Part shown: in pieces, positions 19,769 through 29,956 of the stretch
Position numbering within the stretch: the first letter of the stretch is position 1
Layout of the letters: every line of letters begins with the position of its first letter
Assembly: GCA_938083505.1 (NCBI GenBank)
Contig: CALKCF010000004.1
Location: forward strand, 1-64,000
Length of the DNA stretch: 64,000 nt
From: an uncultured archaeon
GTDB lineage: Archaea; Thermoproteota; Nitrososphaeria_A; Caldarchaeales; Wolframiiraptoraceae
Reading direction: 5' to 3'
Translations under genes and position numbers: made by a program
Notes under the pieces: model-generated
What the model was told of the DNA's origin: nothing
Database searches by the model: none
What the model saw: the letters and a program-made list of their open reading frames with translations, nothing else

Positions 19769-19800
19769 GTTTTCATACGTTTAGGGGGTGTGGGAGTATT

Positions 19801-20493
19801 ATGTATGAAGCGTATACGGAAGGAGACCTCAGAAAGTTTATGAAGATGAATCATATAATCCCCAATGTAATTTACGAATGTATACTAACCACGAAGGCTG
19901 ATAACGAGACTAACGTGGCACCAATGGGCGTCGTCTTTGAACACGACACAGTGTTATTAAGAACATTTAAGAACACGAAAAGTTATAAGTTGTTGACACG
20001 CGTTCCATACGGTGTCATCAATTTTACCGACAATGTCGAAATATTTTACGTAACAACTTTTAACACGGAAATCGATTTTAACGAACTCCTCACTTCATCC
20101 ACTTCTGTGCCTGTACCGTCATTGATAAATGCGTATGCTAAGTTAGAATTTTCCGTGGAAGAGGTTGTGTGCGAAGATGATAACAAGGTAGTTTTCAGAT
20201 GCAAAGTGCTTAAGGCTTTATGGAAAAGAAGGGAAGCAAGACCGTATACGAGGGCTGAGCACGCAATTATCGAATCGCTCATTCATGCAACAAGGATAAA
20301 ATTCTTCCTAGAACATGGCATGATTCAAGAAGCCATTCGACTTACACTCCTTGTCAAACATTATGATGCGTTGATTTCTAGGATAGCGCCGAATACTGTC
20401 TACTCGTCCATAATGAACAAACTGAAAGTATTAATTTCTAGCTGGGGACTGTCAAGTCCTCTTTCGACTTTTTTTGAATTCCAAAAAGATTAG
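19801..20493 (+). CDS. DUF447 family protein (split-barrel)
   Basis: YECILTT, NVAPMGV, RAEHAIIESLIHATR; start uncertain (19801 or 19840). Confidence 0.8.
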   Translation: MYEAYTEGDLRKFMKMNHIIPNVIYECILTTKADNETNVAPMGVVFEHDTVLLRTFKNTKSYKLLTRVPYGVINFTDNVEIFYVTTFNTEIDFNELLTSSTSVPVPSLINAYAKLEFSVEEVVCEDDNKVVFRCKVLKALWKRREARPYTRAEHAIIESLIHATRIKFFLEHGMIQEAIRLTLLVKHYDALISRIAPNTVYSSIMNKLKVLISSWGLSSPLSTFFEFQKD

Positions 20494-21015
20494 GAAAATG
20501 TTGACAATAATGAAAATCACGAGAGTTATGCTACCGTAGGGAGGAAATATCTCGCCTTTAAGGAAAAGTGACAGGTAGCCCAAACCTGTCCAGTATGGCA
20601 ACTTCATGCCGGTCCACTTTCCTACAATACAGCTTGACGGAACAGGGCTCCAAGGATCCGGCATGAAGTTGGCATCACCTTTAGTGATGAAGCCTTCTTC
20701 CGTGACTCCTACTGCTCTATGCACTATAAGATAGCGTACATCACCACAGTATGGAGGTTTAAAGAACACTATTACATCCCCATCCTTTGGGTCTGCCTTT
20801 ATCTCTGAGGGTTGGACCGATATAGCGATTATTATGTCTCCGACGCGTAGAACTGGCTCCATACTTCCACTTTTTACAACCAAGAACGAAAATGATGTGC
20901 CAACGGTACCTTGGACCGCAGAGAATATGCCAATAATTATTAAGAAAATTAATACTACGTAAAAAAAGTAGAGGAATATGCGCCCTATGGTTTTAAGTTG
21001 AACCATGTAACTCAC
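20452..21015 (-). CDS. Signal peptidase I (Sec11/S26B type)
   Basis: VKSGSMEP, GDII, IVHR, ITKGDAN..PD; TM segments at both ends. Confidence 0.9.
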   Translation of the reverse strand: MSYMVQLKTIGRIFLYFFYVVLIFLIIIGIFSAVQGTVGTSFSFLVVKSGSMEPVLRVGDIIIAISVQPSEIKADPKDGDVIVFFKPPYCGDVRYLIVHRAVGVTEEGFITKGDANFMPDPWSPVPSSCIVGKWTGMKLPYWTGLGYLSLFLKGEIFPPYGSITLVIFIIVNIFLIFLEFKKSRKRT

Positions 21016-23721
21016 CTAGATCCTCGGTAAATGTTCCCTCCGAACACCTTCACTACCACGGCCTCTCGCTCTACGTAACACCAGCTTTCGCAAAATGCTC
21101 CACCTATTGATAAATTTTTTTATGCAAGAGAAGCTAACTAAACTGATGATACCTAACGCTACACCAAGCACAATATATGGTTCAACAACTCTCGGTGTAA
21201 GATGAATTATAACGACCTCGTTGTTGACATTAGCTTCATAACTTGAGTTGAGTGCATACTCGTCTATTCTGAGCTGAAAAACGTAAACACCTTTGGCAAG
21301 GTATGTGGATAACGCACCGTTTGGATCTGTTGTTCCATGTGCGATAACGTTCCCATTTTTTGATAATGTTACTTCGGCACCTTCAATCGGTCTGCCCTTT
21401 ATGTCTTTTAACTTAAGAATAGTTAAGTAGACTTCCGCGTCTAAAAGCATGTTGACTCTCCCATAAACTGAAAGGTCTTTCTTGGAAACCTCAGTGTCTT
21501 GGTAATAGGCAACGAAAGTGTAGTCCCCTTTTGGCAACCTCTTTGATATTTTACCAGCACTGTCTAATTCTAAGACCATCAGTTCTTCTGCTTTTAGATA
21601 TACCTTGACGTATCCGGAGGACATCGGCTTGCCGTCCGCCATCTTATAACTTAGCGTCACCGTGTAAACACTTGACAAGAGTTCTACTATTTGCTCGTCA
21701 TATTGTAGCATAAAGCTGACCTCACCAGCAGCAACACCGTAGAGGCAATACCTGATCAAAAGCAGAGATGCCGGTATGTTTTCAATCCTTGCAATACCTT
21801 CGGCCGTCACACCGCTCTTCAGCTCATTGTTCCCAAACAAAACAGAAACCGTACCCTCCTCTAGTAACATTTTATCCACGTCGAAGACTTTAACCACGAC
21901 ATCGTACACTCGTGTTCCTGATATCGTATGTATAACACTGGAAGTTACAATCAAGGAATCACTATAAATTTCAACACCATATAAATTGATAGATAAGCTA
22001 CACGTTGTCTGGGGTACGTTCTTTATGATAACAATGCCTGAAGAGTTTGTCAATCCATTTAATCTGACATCTCCTACCTTGACTGTCACTTCTGCACCAT
22101 TAATAGGTGCTACGCCATCATAATCTAAAACCTCAAGCTTAAGGTTGTGGACATTGGTTTTAACAGTTAACTCAATGTCGTTATCAATCATCAAATCCTC
22201 CACAATAGCCACATTAAAGCCAACGTGCCTCACATAGAGTGAATATCTTATTGGTATGAGGCCCCTTATGATTGCCAAACCTCCATCGTCAGCCGTTACA
22301 TCACCCAATAGCTTTCCGTCATAACTCTTGATAGTAACGGTCGCTGGAACCCCTTCATTTTCAGAATTTACGAAGGTCAAATTCAGCGTGTAGGTCTTTA
22401 GCTTTACATCGAGAGTTTCCCTATCAGTACTAAAGCTTAACTTTCCTTTACCCACTGGATAGATACCATAATGTATTTCATAGTCGTAAGTGGTAGGTGG
22501 TACGTCGTTAATTGTCGCTAGACCTTGCATTGCCGTAGCCGTGATGCTGAAAGCTTCGCTTATGGTTAGCGTAACGCTAACATCGTCTTTCAATTTTTTA
22601 CTGAAGAGCCCTTCGTCGCTAAATCGGACAAAAATATCATAGAATTTTGCATTTATATTAAAAGTACCCGTCTGCTCGTTTACGTTACAGATACCCTCAT
22701 ACACCTTGACACCTACGAAACTCACGACTAAATTGTAGCTTCTCGGATAGTATACGTGACCCAGCTGTAGGATACCGTCTTTTGTGGTGACTAACTCACT
22801 GTATGGTGCACCATCACGAAAGAGCTGACCTTTAAGCTCATAACTTTCGCCTTTAATGATTCTGTTGCCTTTAGAGTTGTAAACGGTTACGTTTACCATC
22901 TGAAGAGGCACACTGACGGTATGAATTTTATCCTCTATGACTCTTATGGTATCGTTGGATAGAATATCGCCCTTATATGTTAAAAGAGTGATATAATTTT
23001 CTGGAACTAAAAATTTCAGGGATGCTTTACCATCAGAGCCGCTAATCGTGCTAGCATAAACAGGATATGCTTTAGAACCGTTCCAAACATTTACCTCAAT
23101 GCCCCGAACGGGTTTTCCATTCTTGTCACTTACCTTCACCGTTAGACTATAGAGCGCCGCATTTACTTTAACGATTCTTGTACCCTCATCAAGGACCTCT
23201 TCCTTTTTTAAGACCTCCTTACCAGCATAAATTACTCTTACCTCATAACCAGATGTCCACGGTAAATTCTTGAAAGTCACCGCACCCCCGTTATCTGTCT
23301 TACCCTCCCTTACTAACGTGTTGACACTTACTCTTACTACAGCGTTCTGGACTGCATTTCTACCAGAACTATCGTACACCACTATTTTCCAGTCTGAGAC
23401 ATCCACAGTAAACGTAACAGAGCTAGAACCTGTTGCGTTAAAAGTGGCACTATAGACAGAAAAGGTGAGGTAGGTGATGGTTATCGATTGATTCGCATAA
23501 AGGTTGACGTCAGTGAACGATACGCGGCCATAATCGTCAGTAGTTTTGGTATATGTTTCGTTTATCTTTACGACCGCTTTAGAGAGTAAGTTTCCATCCT
23601 TAGTCTTGACTGTGATGTTTAGCGTTCCATAGGAGGCAGATGCCAAAGGAAAGTACAATAATGTAACGACCAACAAAAGCGAAATAATGACTAAGAATAG
23701 AAGCCAGACGTTGCACCTCAT
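21016..23721 (-). CDS. Large membrane-anchored surface protein of tandem beta-sandwich (carboxypeptidase-regulatory-like) repeats
   Basis: N-terminal signal peptide; repeated V.D..G.P..GA.V.V.....TD..G...F..LP..Y units; C-terminal TM plus Arg-rich tail. Confidence 0.8.
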   Translation of the reverse strand: MRCNVWLLFLVIISLLLVVTLLYFPLASASYGTLNITVKTKDGNLLSKAVVKINETYTKTTDDYGRVSFTDVNLYANQSITITYLTFSVYSATFNATGSSSVTFTVDVSDWKIVVYDSSGRNAVQNAVVRVSVNTLVREGKTDNGGAVTFKNLPWTSGYEVRVIYAGKEVLKKEEVLDEGTRIVKVNAALYSLTVKVSDKNGKPVRGIEVNVWNGSKAYPVYASTISGSDGKASLKFLVPENYITLLTYKGDILSNDTIRVIEDKIHTVSVPLQMVNVTVYNSKGNRIIKGESYELKGQLFRDGAPYSELVTTKDGILQLGHVYYPRSYNLVVSFVGVKVYEGICNVNEQTGTFNINAKFYDIFVRFSDEGLFSKKLKDDVSVTLTISEAFSITATAMQGLATINDVPPTTYDYEIHYGIYPVGKGKLSFSTDRETLDVKLKTYTLNLTFVNSENEGVPATVTIKSYDGKLLGDVTADDGGLAIIRGLIPIRYSLYVRHVGFNVAIVEDLMIDNDIELTVKTNVHNLKLEVLDYDGVAPINGAEVTVKVGDVRLNGLTNSSGIVIIKNVPQTTCSLSINLYGVEIYSDSLIVTSSVIHTISGTRVYDVVVKVFDVDKMLLEEGTVSVLFGNNELKSGVTAEGIARIENIPASLLLIRYCLYGVAAGEVSFMLQYDEQIVELLSSVYTVTLSYKMADGKPMSSGYVKVYLKAEELMVLELDSAGKISKRLPKGDYTFVAYYQDTEVSKKDLSVYGRVNMLLDAEVYLTILKLKDIKGRPIEGAEVTLSKNGNVIAHGTTDPNGALSTYLAKGVYVFQLRIDEYALNSSYEANVNNEVVIIHLTPRVVEPYIVLGVALGIISLVSFSCIKKFINRWSILRKLVLRRARGRGSEGVRREHLPRI

Positions 23722-23809
23722 TATAAATCTTTATAATAATGAATGTGCCTTTAAGCTTTTTGCGCAAAAATATATGCGGAAGTGTAAAGGAAATGTTTTG
23801 GTGCACAAA

Positions 23810-24229
23810 ATGACAGTTTGGTCTTGTGAACTCTCGGTAAAAACTAAGGGCGAGGGAGAAGTGGTCGATATAACGAGCATGGTAAGTTCAGCGGTGAGAA
23901 GTTCTGGAATATCGAACGGTATAGTGAACGTATTTGTCGTAGGTTCGACTGCGGCCGTAACGACAATAGAATATGAACCGGGGCTGGTCCATGATTTATC
24001 GGACATTCTGGAGAGAATCGCGCCCAAAAACCATCCATATAAGCACCATGAAAAGTGGAGCGACTATAACGGACACTCCCATATAAGAGCAGCCCTGATA
24101 GGTCCCAGCGTATCCATCCCGCTAAGGGATGGAAAATTAGTGCTAGGAACCTGGCAACAATTGGTCCTTTTAGAGTTAGATACTAGACCAAGGGAGAGAA
24201 GAGTCATAGTGACGACCATGGGCGTATAG
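23810..24229 (+). CDS. YjbQ/UPF0047 family protein
   Basis: GSTAAVTTIEYEPG, NGHSHIRA, LGTWQQ. Confidence 0.9.
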   Translation: MTVWSCELSVKTKGEGEVVDITSMVSSAVRSSGISNGIVNVFVVGSTAAVTTIEYEPGLVHDLSDILERIAPKNHPYKHHEKWSDYNGHSHIRAALIGPSVSIPLRDGKLVLGTWQQLVLLELDTRPRERRVIVTTMGV

Positions 24230-24231
24230 AG

Positions 24232-24819
24232 CTACCTCTGGGATGAGGATATCGTATCTAATGCCCATCTTATAGAACTTATGACCTCCCTTAACCTCGT
24301 CTCGTCTCGATAATTTCTTACTATTATCTCCCTGACCCCTCCACCCTCGTAAATTATGTCGTAGTTCAGCTCTCTGCCTGGTTCCAACTTTCCTGCATCA
24401 ACGTTCTCTTTATCAACCTTGACCATAGCATCCAAAACCTTCCTGATCAAGAAAGATGAGAAGGGTTTCATATCCGACGTTATGTGCAGCTCTGGATTAA
24501 CCGTTAATCTAATTTCGTCTGGTGTTACTGTTAGCATCCCGAGCAGGTTTCCAGATTTACCGCGAAGGTTTCTAACAGTTCCTAACTCTTTTGGTTTTTC
24601 CTCTTTTTTCACGACTTCTATAGCTTTTGGTTTTTCTTCCTTCTTGAGTGCTTCAACTGTTTTGAAAGATTTTACAGCCAACTGTTCATCCACTATTGAC
24701 ACAAGAAATTTTAAGCTTTCTATCTCATTTGAGAGCTCCTCGATTCTCCTTTCTATGTAGCTTTTGACCATAGCAAGTTTTTTTAATCTTTCTTCATCTT
24801 CAGACATTCTCTCAAACAC
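24232..24819 (-). CDS. Hypothetical protein with N-terminal coiled coil, coupled to lig
   Basis: Clean 195-aa ORF overlapping the lig stop by 8 nt. Confidence 0.7.
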   Translation of the reverse strand: MFERMSEDEERLKKLAMVKSYIERRIEELSNEIESLKFLVSIVDEQLAVKSFKTVEALKKEEKPKAIEVVKKEEKPKELGTVRNLRGKSGNLLGMLTVTPDEIRLTVNPELHITSDMKPFSSFLIRKVLDAMVKVDKENVDAGKLEPGRELNYDIIYEGGGVREIIVRNYRDETRLREVISSIRWALDTISSSQR

Positions 24820-26590
24820 CTTCCATCGGTTTTTCAGCTACTTTCTTCAGCTGTCTCTCATACATGGACTTTATCTCCGAAGATGTTGTTGCATCTTCTG
24901 GAGATTTGTCTAACCTAAACCTGCCCGTGAAGCGTGGAAACCTTATGGCAAGGCCAGCCCCCTCCTTAACTAGACCCCAGTAACACGTGTGAATAGGACT
25001 AAGCGTGATCTCATCACCGATTATCTCCAGAACTATAGCAGGCTTAAGCCATACGTCCGGTTGCATGTTGGAGTCGACCCTTGGAGGTTTGTCCTTTGAT
25101 ATGTAGGGTGATAGCATCTCCGGCAACTTAGCTAAATCCTCATCCGTAAAGCCTGAGCCCACCTTACAGACAGACTCAAAAACATCTTCTTCAGGATTGT
25201 ATGCTGCCATGAGTAAAGCACCAAATTTTCCCCTCCTTTTTCCCCTTCCATAAAAAGCTCCAACAACGACAAGGTCAACCGTGTCAACCATCTTGGAAAC
25301 ATAGGAACGTTTGTATTTAATCCATAGCCAGCCTCTTGCACCTGCTTTATAGACAGACTCCGAGGATGTTGATTTAACTATCACTCCCTCGCAGCCGTTC
25401 TCAACAGCTTTTAGGAAGAAAACTTCTAGTTCCTTAGGGTCTTTAACCAACTTGCTTTCAGTTAACATGACACTCTCATTAACATCTATTATCCTCTCAA
25501 GCACTTCCCTTCTCTCTAAGAGGGGTTTGGATGTTAGGTCCTCTCCGTCCGCGTAAAGCACATCAAAAAAGAACATGTTGACCGGATAATTTTCTATAGC
25601 CTCTTCGATATCATACTTCCTTCTTCTATGCATCAACTCTTGAAAAGGAAGCATTTCGCCTGTTTCTGGATCTATCGCAACAACCTCGCATTCGACTATG
25701 GCTTCTTTCGCCTTTATACAATTCCTAGCGTAGTTTACAACGTCGGGATATTGCGCGGTTATATTCTCCTGCCGTCTTGAGAAGATAATTATCTCTTCAC
25801 CTCGCTTATGTATTTGCATCCTTTCACCATCGTACTTAAACTCTGCTAATCCTTTACCGTCCAACTTTTCCAAAATTTCCTCAGCAGTGGGGAGCCTTTC
25901 AGCTAACATGGGTCTTATCGGGTTTCCGACCCTTATCTTAAACTCTTTTATAGCCTTCACTCCTCCCTCTGCTGCCACCTTTGCAACAAGGCCTATATCG
26001 GAGCTTATGTTGTAGGCTCTCTCAAAAACATCCCTAACCTCCTTACTGCCTCCATATGCCACGGCAAGCGCGTCCAGTATCGTCATATCAGCAATACCGA
26101 GCCTCATCGTACCCGTTACCATCCTCATGATGTATTTTGCCTCTTTTGACTGAGCAGAGCCGAGAATTCCAACGAGTATTTGGAGCTTTGTCTCTATAGC
26201 ACCTTCTCCCATGGTCCTTGCTATCTTTTCTAAGGATGAGTATACGCGTTCGACAGTTAAAGGTTCTATGAATAAGGTTATTTGGGCTTTCGATGTAAGA
26301 AGCTTTTCAGCTACTAACCCAACGTCGCCCAATTTTCCATAAAGCTCCTGTATCTTCTTCTCGGATGCACCAGTAACTGCTTTGAGTGCCCTAAGTGCCA
26401 GCTTTTCTGCAACACCCAGCTCTATTCCTACAAAAGGTGGATAAAGCTCGCCCAAAGTCATGTAAACAACCTTGTCTATTATTTCAGGGCTTGTTTTCTT
26501 GAAAAGCTCAACGAGTATGTCTGTCATCTCCAGCCTTTTCGTCGTGGCTTCGATCCTTTCATAGAATTCAACAAGCTCCGAGAACAGCAT
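24812..26590 (-). CDS. lig: ATP-dependent DNA ligase
   Basis: EFKYDGER (motif I), EGVIVK, WIKYK, DLVVVGA, IRFPRF. Confidence 0.97.
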   Translation of the reverse strand: MLFSELVEFYERIEATTKRLEMTDILVELFKKTSPEIIDKVVYMTLGELYPPFVGIELGVAEKLALRALKAVTGASEKKIQELYGKLGDVGLVAEKLLTSKAQITLFIEPLTVERVYSSLEKIARTMGEGAIETKLQILVGILGSAQSKEAKYIMRMVTGTMRLGIADMTILDALAVAYGGSKEVRDVFERAYNISSDIGLVAKVAAEGGVKAIKEFKIRVGNPIRPMLAERLPTAEEILEKLDGKGLAEFKYDGERMQIHKRGEEIIIFSRRQENITAQYPDVVNYARNCIKAKEAIVECEVVAIDPETGEMLPFQELMHRRRKYDIEEAIENYPVNMFFFDVLYADGEDLTSKPLLERREVLERIIDVNESVMLTESKLVKDPKELEVFFLKAVENGCEGVIVKSTSSESVYKAGARGWLWIKYKRSYVSKMVDTVDLVVVGAFYGRGKRRGKFGALLMAAYNPEEDVFESVCKVGSGFTDEDLAKLPEMLSPYISKDKPPRVDSNMQPDVWLKPAIVLEIIGDEITLSPIHTCYWGLVKEGAGLAIRFPRFTGRFRLDKSPEDATTSSEIKSMYERQLKKVAEKPMEGV

Positions 26591-26681
26591 TCCAAGTTAT
26601 TATATTTTTAAGCTCATAGATAAACCGTTATCGAGTTGATTTGCTATTTAGAGTCACGGGGAGCATTTTAAAATACTACCT

Positions 26682-27626
26682 CTAAATTCTTCGTATAATG
26701 GCGCCGGAGTTTAAAGCATTCGTAATTAGCACAACCCCCCTGCCTGCAAGAACGTCATTCAAAGCGGATGCTATCCTTTCCGCACTCTTTATAGAATCTG
26801 TAAAACCGTATGCCGTGGGTCCCCATGAACTTTGACCTGCGCCGGCCGCACCATTATCTAGCATAGTTTTGATACAAAGCTGTGTTAACTCATTCGAAAA
26901 TGTGCCTCCTTGAACACCTGAAAAGTATGTGCCTACGAGCCTCTGCACCTCGCTCAGTGCCTCTCCAAATCCCCACACATCCTCTTCCAATATGTTTGGG
27001 ATCAACTTCATCAGCACGAGTCTAGATATTTTCTCAGCTATCCATTCAGGCTGTATTCCAAGCTTCCTAAACGCTATCTCCTCCTCATCTTCGTTTAATC
27101 CTCTGATACCAGAAGGTATTACAAGCACTATGGGCCATCTTTCTGGAAAGTTTATTCGTGTGATAACCGGTGGGAGCTTTTTCCTGTTAGGGCTTATGCC
27201 ACCATCAATAATAAAGCCACCATGTTTAAAGACAGCTGTTCCGATACCAGACATTGTGCCCCTTCCAAGCTTGATTGCCAACTCCTCAACCGAAATTTCA
27301 ACGTCCATAAGGTTTGCCAGACCTGTTGCTATGCCCAGCAACATCTGGGTTCCGGAACCTAGGCCAACATGCCTTGGTATCTTTTCCATGACCCTTACGG
27401 TGAACCCATTGACCATGCCTAGCACTGACTTGGATTTTTCAGCAAACTCTTTTATGGACACGTCATACGGTTCAACCACGATATCTGATGGTCCAGGCTC
27501 GATAATCGCCTCGAAGGACGGTGTTGAAACGGAGAGACCTAAGGAGCCGTAAAGCCTACCGAGATTGCCGTTAAGGTCTATCATACCAAGATGAAGCCTG
27601 GAAGGTGTCTTGATGTATACTTTCAA
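26682..27626 (-). CDS. mptG: beta-ribofuranosylaminobenzene 5'-phosphate synthase (GHMP family)
   Basis: TPSRLHLGMIDL, HVGLGSGTQ, SGIG..F..GGFIIDGG, GQSSWGPT. Confidence 0.88.
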   Translation of the reverse strand: MKVYIKTPSRLHLGMIDLNGNLGRLYGSLGLSVSTPSFEAIIEPGPSDIVVEPYDVSIKEFAEKSKSVLGMVNGFTVRVMEKIPRHVGLGSGTQMLLGIATGLANLMDVEISVEELAIKLGRGTMSGIGTAVFKHGGFIIDGGISPNRKKLPPVITRINFPERWPIVLVIPSGIRGLNEDEEEIAFRKLGIQPEWIAEKISRLVLMKLIPNILEEDVWGFGEALSEVQRLVGTYFSGVQGGTFSNELTQLCIKTMLDNGAAGAGQSSWGPTAYGFTDSIKSAERIASALNDVLAGRGVVLITNALNSGAIIRRI

Positions 27627-27690
27627 GTCATACTCACCATTAAATCTCGGTTGAATCCTAATACTCTTAAATTATAATTATAATATAGTT

Positions 27691-28632
27691 ATGTTGAGTA
27701 GAGAAATGCACACCCCAGATATAAAGGATGAGCAGCCCGATGTGAAATTACCTATACGACTAGTTGGAATATGTGGTGTGAAAATACCTACCGGCCAAGT
27801 CAGGTTAGGAGGGTCAAAGATCATCATGAGTGTAAGGTTCAGTGCCTTCATAGACCTTCCGCCTGACCGTCGCGGTATACACGCATCTAGAAACTACGAG
27901 CCCATAGTAGAAGTAATAAAGACCTACGAGGGCAAAACCTTCAAGCTAGAAAACATAGCGGCAGAGATAGCCGTTTCTCTACTGAAAAAACACGGGTACT
28001 CCAAGAGATCTTACGTGAAGGCAGATGCGGTAGCATTCTATGAAACAAAAACACCCTCAGGAAATGTTTCGTACGAGACATTTACTATACATGCCAAGTG
28101 TTATGCTACAAAAGAAGGAAAAGATTTCTCGGTAAAAAAGATGCTGGGCGTAACTCTCACTGGTATGACTGCCTGCCCATGTGCGTTAGAATCGATCAGA
28201 GACATTTGCAAGAATGAGCTGGCAAGTTTCTACAATGTGGATCTTAAACAAGTAATAGATAAGCTACCGATAGCAACCCATACGCAAAGATGTAAAGGTA
28301 CACTATTCATCGACGTCTCAGAAGAAGACGTCGATGTTATGGAGCTCGTTAGGATAGTTAACGAGTCCATGAGTTCTATGAAGTATGAACTACTCAAGAG
28401 GGAAGATGAGGCTAACATGGTGATGAATGCTGTTAAGAGGGCGCGGTTTGTTGAGGATGTGGCAAGGTATATAGCAAAAGCGACTTCAGAGTTGAAGATT
28501 AGGGAAAGTTGCACAATAGTGGTAAGTGTAAGAAGTATGGAAAGTGTCCACGGACATGATGTGATTGCCCTCATTAAGACAACTGCCGGAGAAATTAGAA
28601 GAACACTTATCCCTCAAAACATAAATAATTAA
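27691..28632 (+). CDS. mptA: GTP cyclohydrolase MptA/FolE2 family
   Basis: DIKD, RGIHASR, MTACPCA, THTQR, LLKREDE, FVEDVAR, ESVHGHD. Confidence 0.88.
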   Translation: MLSREMHTPDIKDEQPDVKLPIRLVGICGVKIPTGQVRLGGSKIIMSVRFSAFIDLPPDRRGIHASRNYEPIVEVIKTYEGKTFKLENIAAEIAVSLLKKHGYSKRSYVKADAVAFYETKTPSGNVSYETFTIHAKCYATKEGKDFSVKKMLGVTLTGMTACPCALESIRDICKNELASFYNVDLKQVIDKLPIATHTQRCKGTLFIDVSEEDVDVMELVRIVNESMSSMKYELLKREDEANMVMNAVKRARFVEDVARYIAKATSELKIRESCTIVVSVRSMESVHGHDVIALIKTTAGEIRRTLIPQNINN

Positions 28633-28650
28633 CCATCCTGTTCAAATTAT

Positions 28651-29457
28651 GTGAAAAGATTCCACAATTCTTGGATAACTTTAGATGAGTGGTTAGCATG
28701 GTACCATGAGATCGTTAGGGAGTGTCAGCTTGATGAGCTTGCAGATTTGGAAGCAGCCGTACTCCTCGACTCTATGCTAAGAGGAAAGGCCTTAGAATTT
28801 ACACAAATTATACGCATACTTTCAGGTAAGATTTCTATTGTATTCGGTGCAGGCCCATCTCTTGAGATTGACATTGAAAAATATATCGATTTCTCACAAA
28901 AGGATGGTTTTGTAGTCTTGGCCGCAGACGGTGCTACCACAGCGCTACTGAAGCATGGCATAGTCCCTGACATCGTCGTTACGGACCTAGACGGGAATAC
29001 CGATGACCTAATAAGGGCTCATGTGGAAGGTTCGATAATTGTAGTTCATGCACATGGTGATAATATCAATCAACTAAAAAACAATATCCCCTTGATGTTT
29101 AAGAACGTGTTGCCAACGACACAAATCGAACCCTTTGGTTGCTTGTATAACTTCGGTGGCTTTACGGACGGTGACAGAGCTGTATTTCTGAGCTCTTCTG
29201 CCGGCGTCAGGGCCATAGTCCTGGCCGGAATGGACCTCGGGGAGGAGATAGGTCCATATTCGAAACCCATCAGTGCGCTAACACCCAAGCTCCTAACCAT
29301 GAAGAAAAAGAAATTAAAGATAGCAAGGGCATTGCTCGAATGGCTGGCGGCAAAAATACCGTTATCAATATACAATATAACGTCTCAGGGTGTGGAGTTG
29401 CAGGGAGTAATAAGGTTAAGGTCGTTTGATGAACTTATGCTACATAGATTAAGATAA
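28651..29457 (+). CDS. mptE: 6-hydroxymethyl-7,8-dihydropterin pyrophosphokinase
   Basis: GAGPSL, AADGA, VTDLDG, HAHGDN, NFGGFTDGDRA. Confidence 0.9.
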   Translation: MKRFHNSWITLDEWLAWYHEIVRECQLDELADLEAAVLLDSMLRGKALEFTQIIRILSGKISIVFGAGPSLEIDIEKYIDFSQKDGFVVLAADGATTALLKHGIVPDIVVTDLDGNTDDLIRAHVEGSIIVVHAHGDNINQLKNNIPLMFKNVLPTTQIEPFGCLYNFGGFTDGDRAVFLSSSAGVRAIVLAGMDLGEEIGPYSKPISALTPKLLTMKKKKLKIARALLEWLAAKIPLSIYNITSQGVELQGVIRLRSFDELMLHRLR

Positions 29458-29506
29458 TCACCTAAAGGTATTTTTAGAACTTCACCAACTATTCATCCGA
29501 AAGGAC

Positions 29507-29950
29507 ATGGCTAGGATGCACTCGAGAAAACGTGGAAAGTCAGACTCTGTTAGGCCAATTAGCAAACTTCCACCTGCATGGGTGAAGGCAACACCCGAGG
29601 AGGTCGAAAGCTTAGTCGTAGAATATTACAAGCAGGGTTACAAGCCCAGTATGATAGGTGTGATATTAAGGGATAGTCATGGCATACCGCTTGTCAAGCA
29701 GATAACAGGAAAGAGCATTAAGCAAATACTCAAGGAGAACGGTCTCTACACCGGAATACCTGAAGATTTAGAAAACCTTTTGGCCAAAGTTATTAGGATG
29801 AAAAAACATCTTGAAAGGTTCAAGTCGGACAAGGCAAACGTCCACAGGCTTCAGCTAATAGAGTCCAAAGTAAGGAGGCTAACCAATTATTATAAGAGAA
29901 TAGGAGAATTACCTTCAGATTGGGTGCCGCCGATAGAGGGGGTATCTTAG
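29507..29950 (+). CDS. rps15: 30S ribosomal protein S15 (uS15)
   Basis: MARMHSRKRGKS, IGVILRD, LIESKVRRL..YYK. Confidence 0.97.
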   Translation: MARMHSRKRGKSDSVRPISKLPPAWVKATPEEVESLVVEYYKQGYKPSMIGVILRDSHGIPLVKQITGKSIKQILKENGLYTGIPEDLENLLAKVIRMKKHLERFKSDKANVHRLQLIESKVRRLTNYYKRIGELPSDWVPPIEGVS

Positions 29951-29956
29951 CATAAA

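Noticed and set aside
26929-27552. Long antisense ORFs (also 47229-47813, 60784-61365 and others)
   Set aside because: Mirror frames of well-supported genes on the opposite strand
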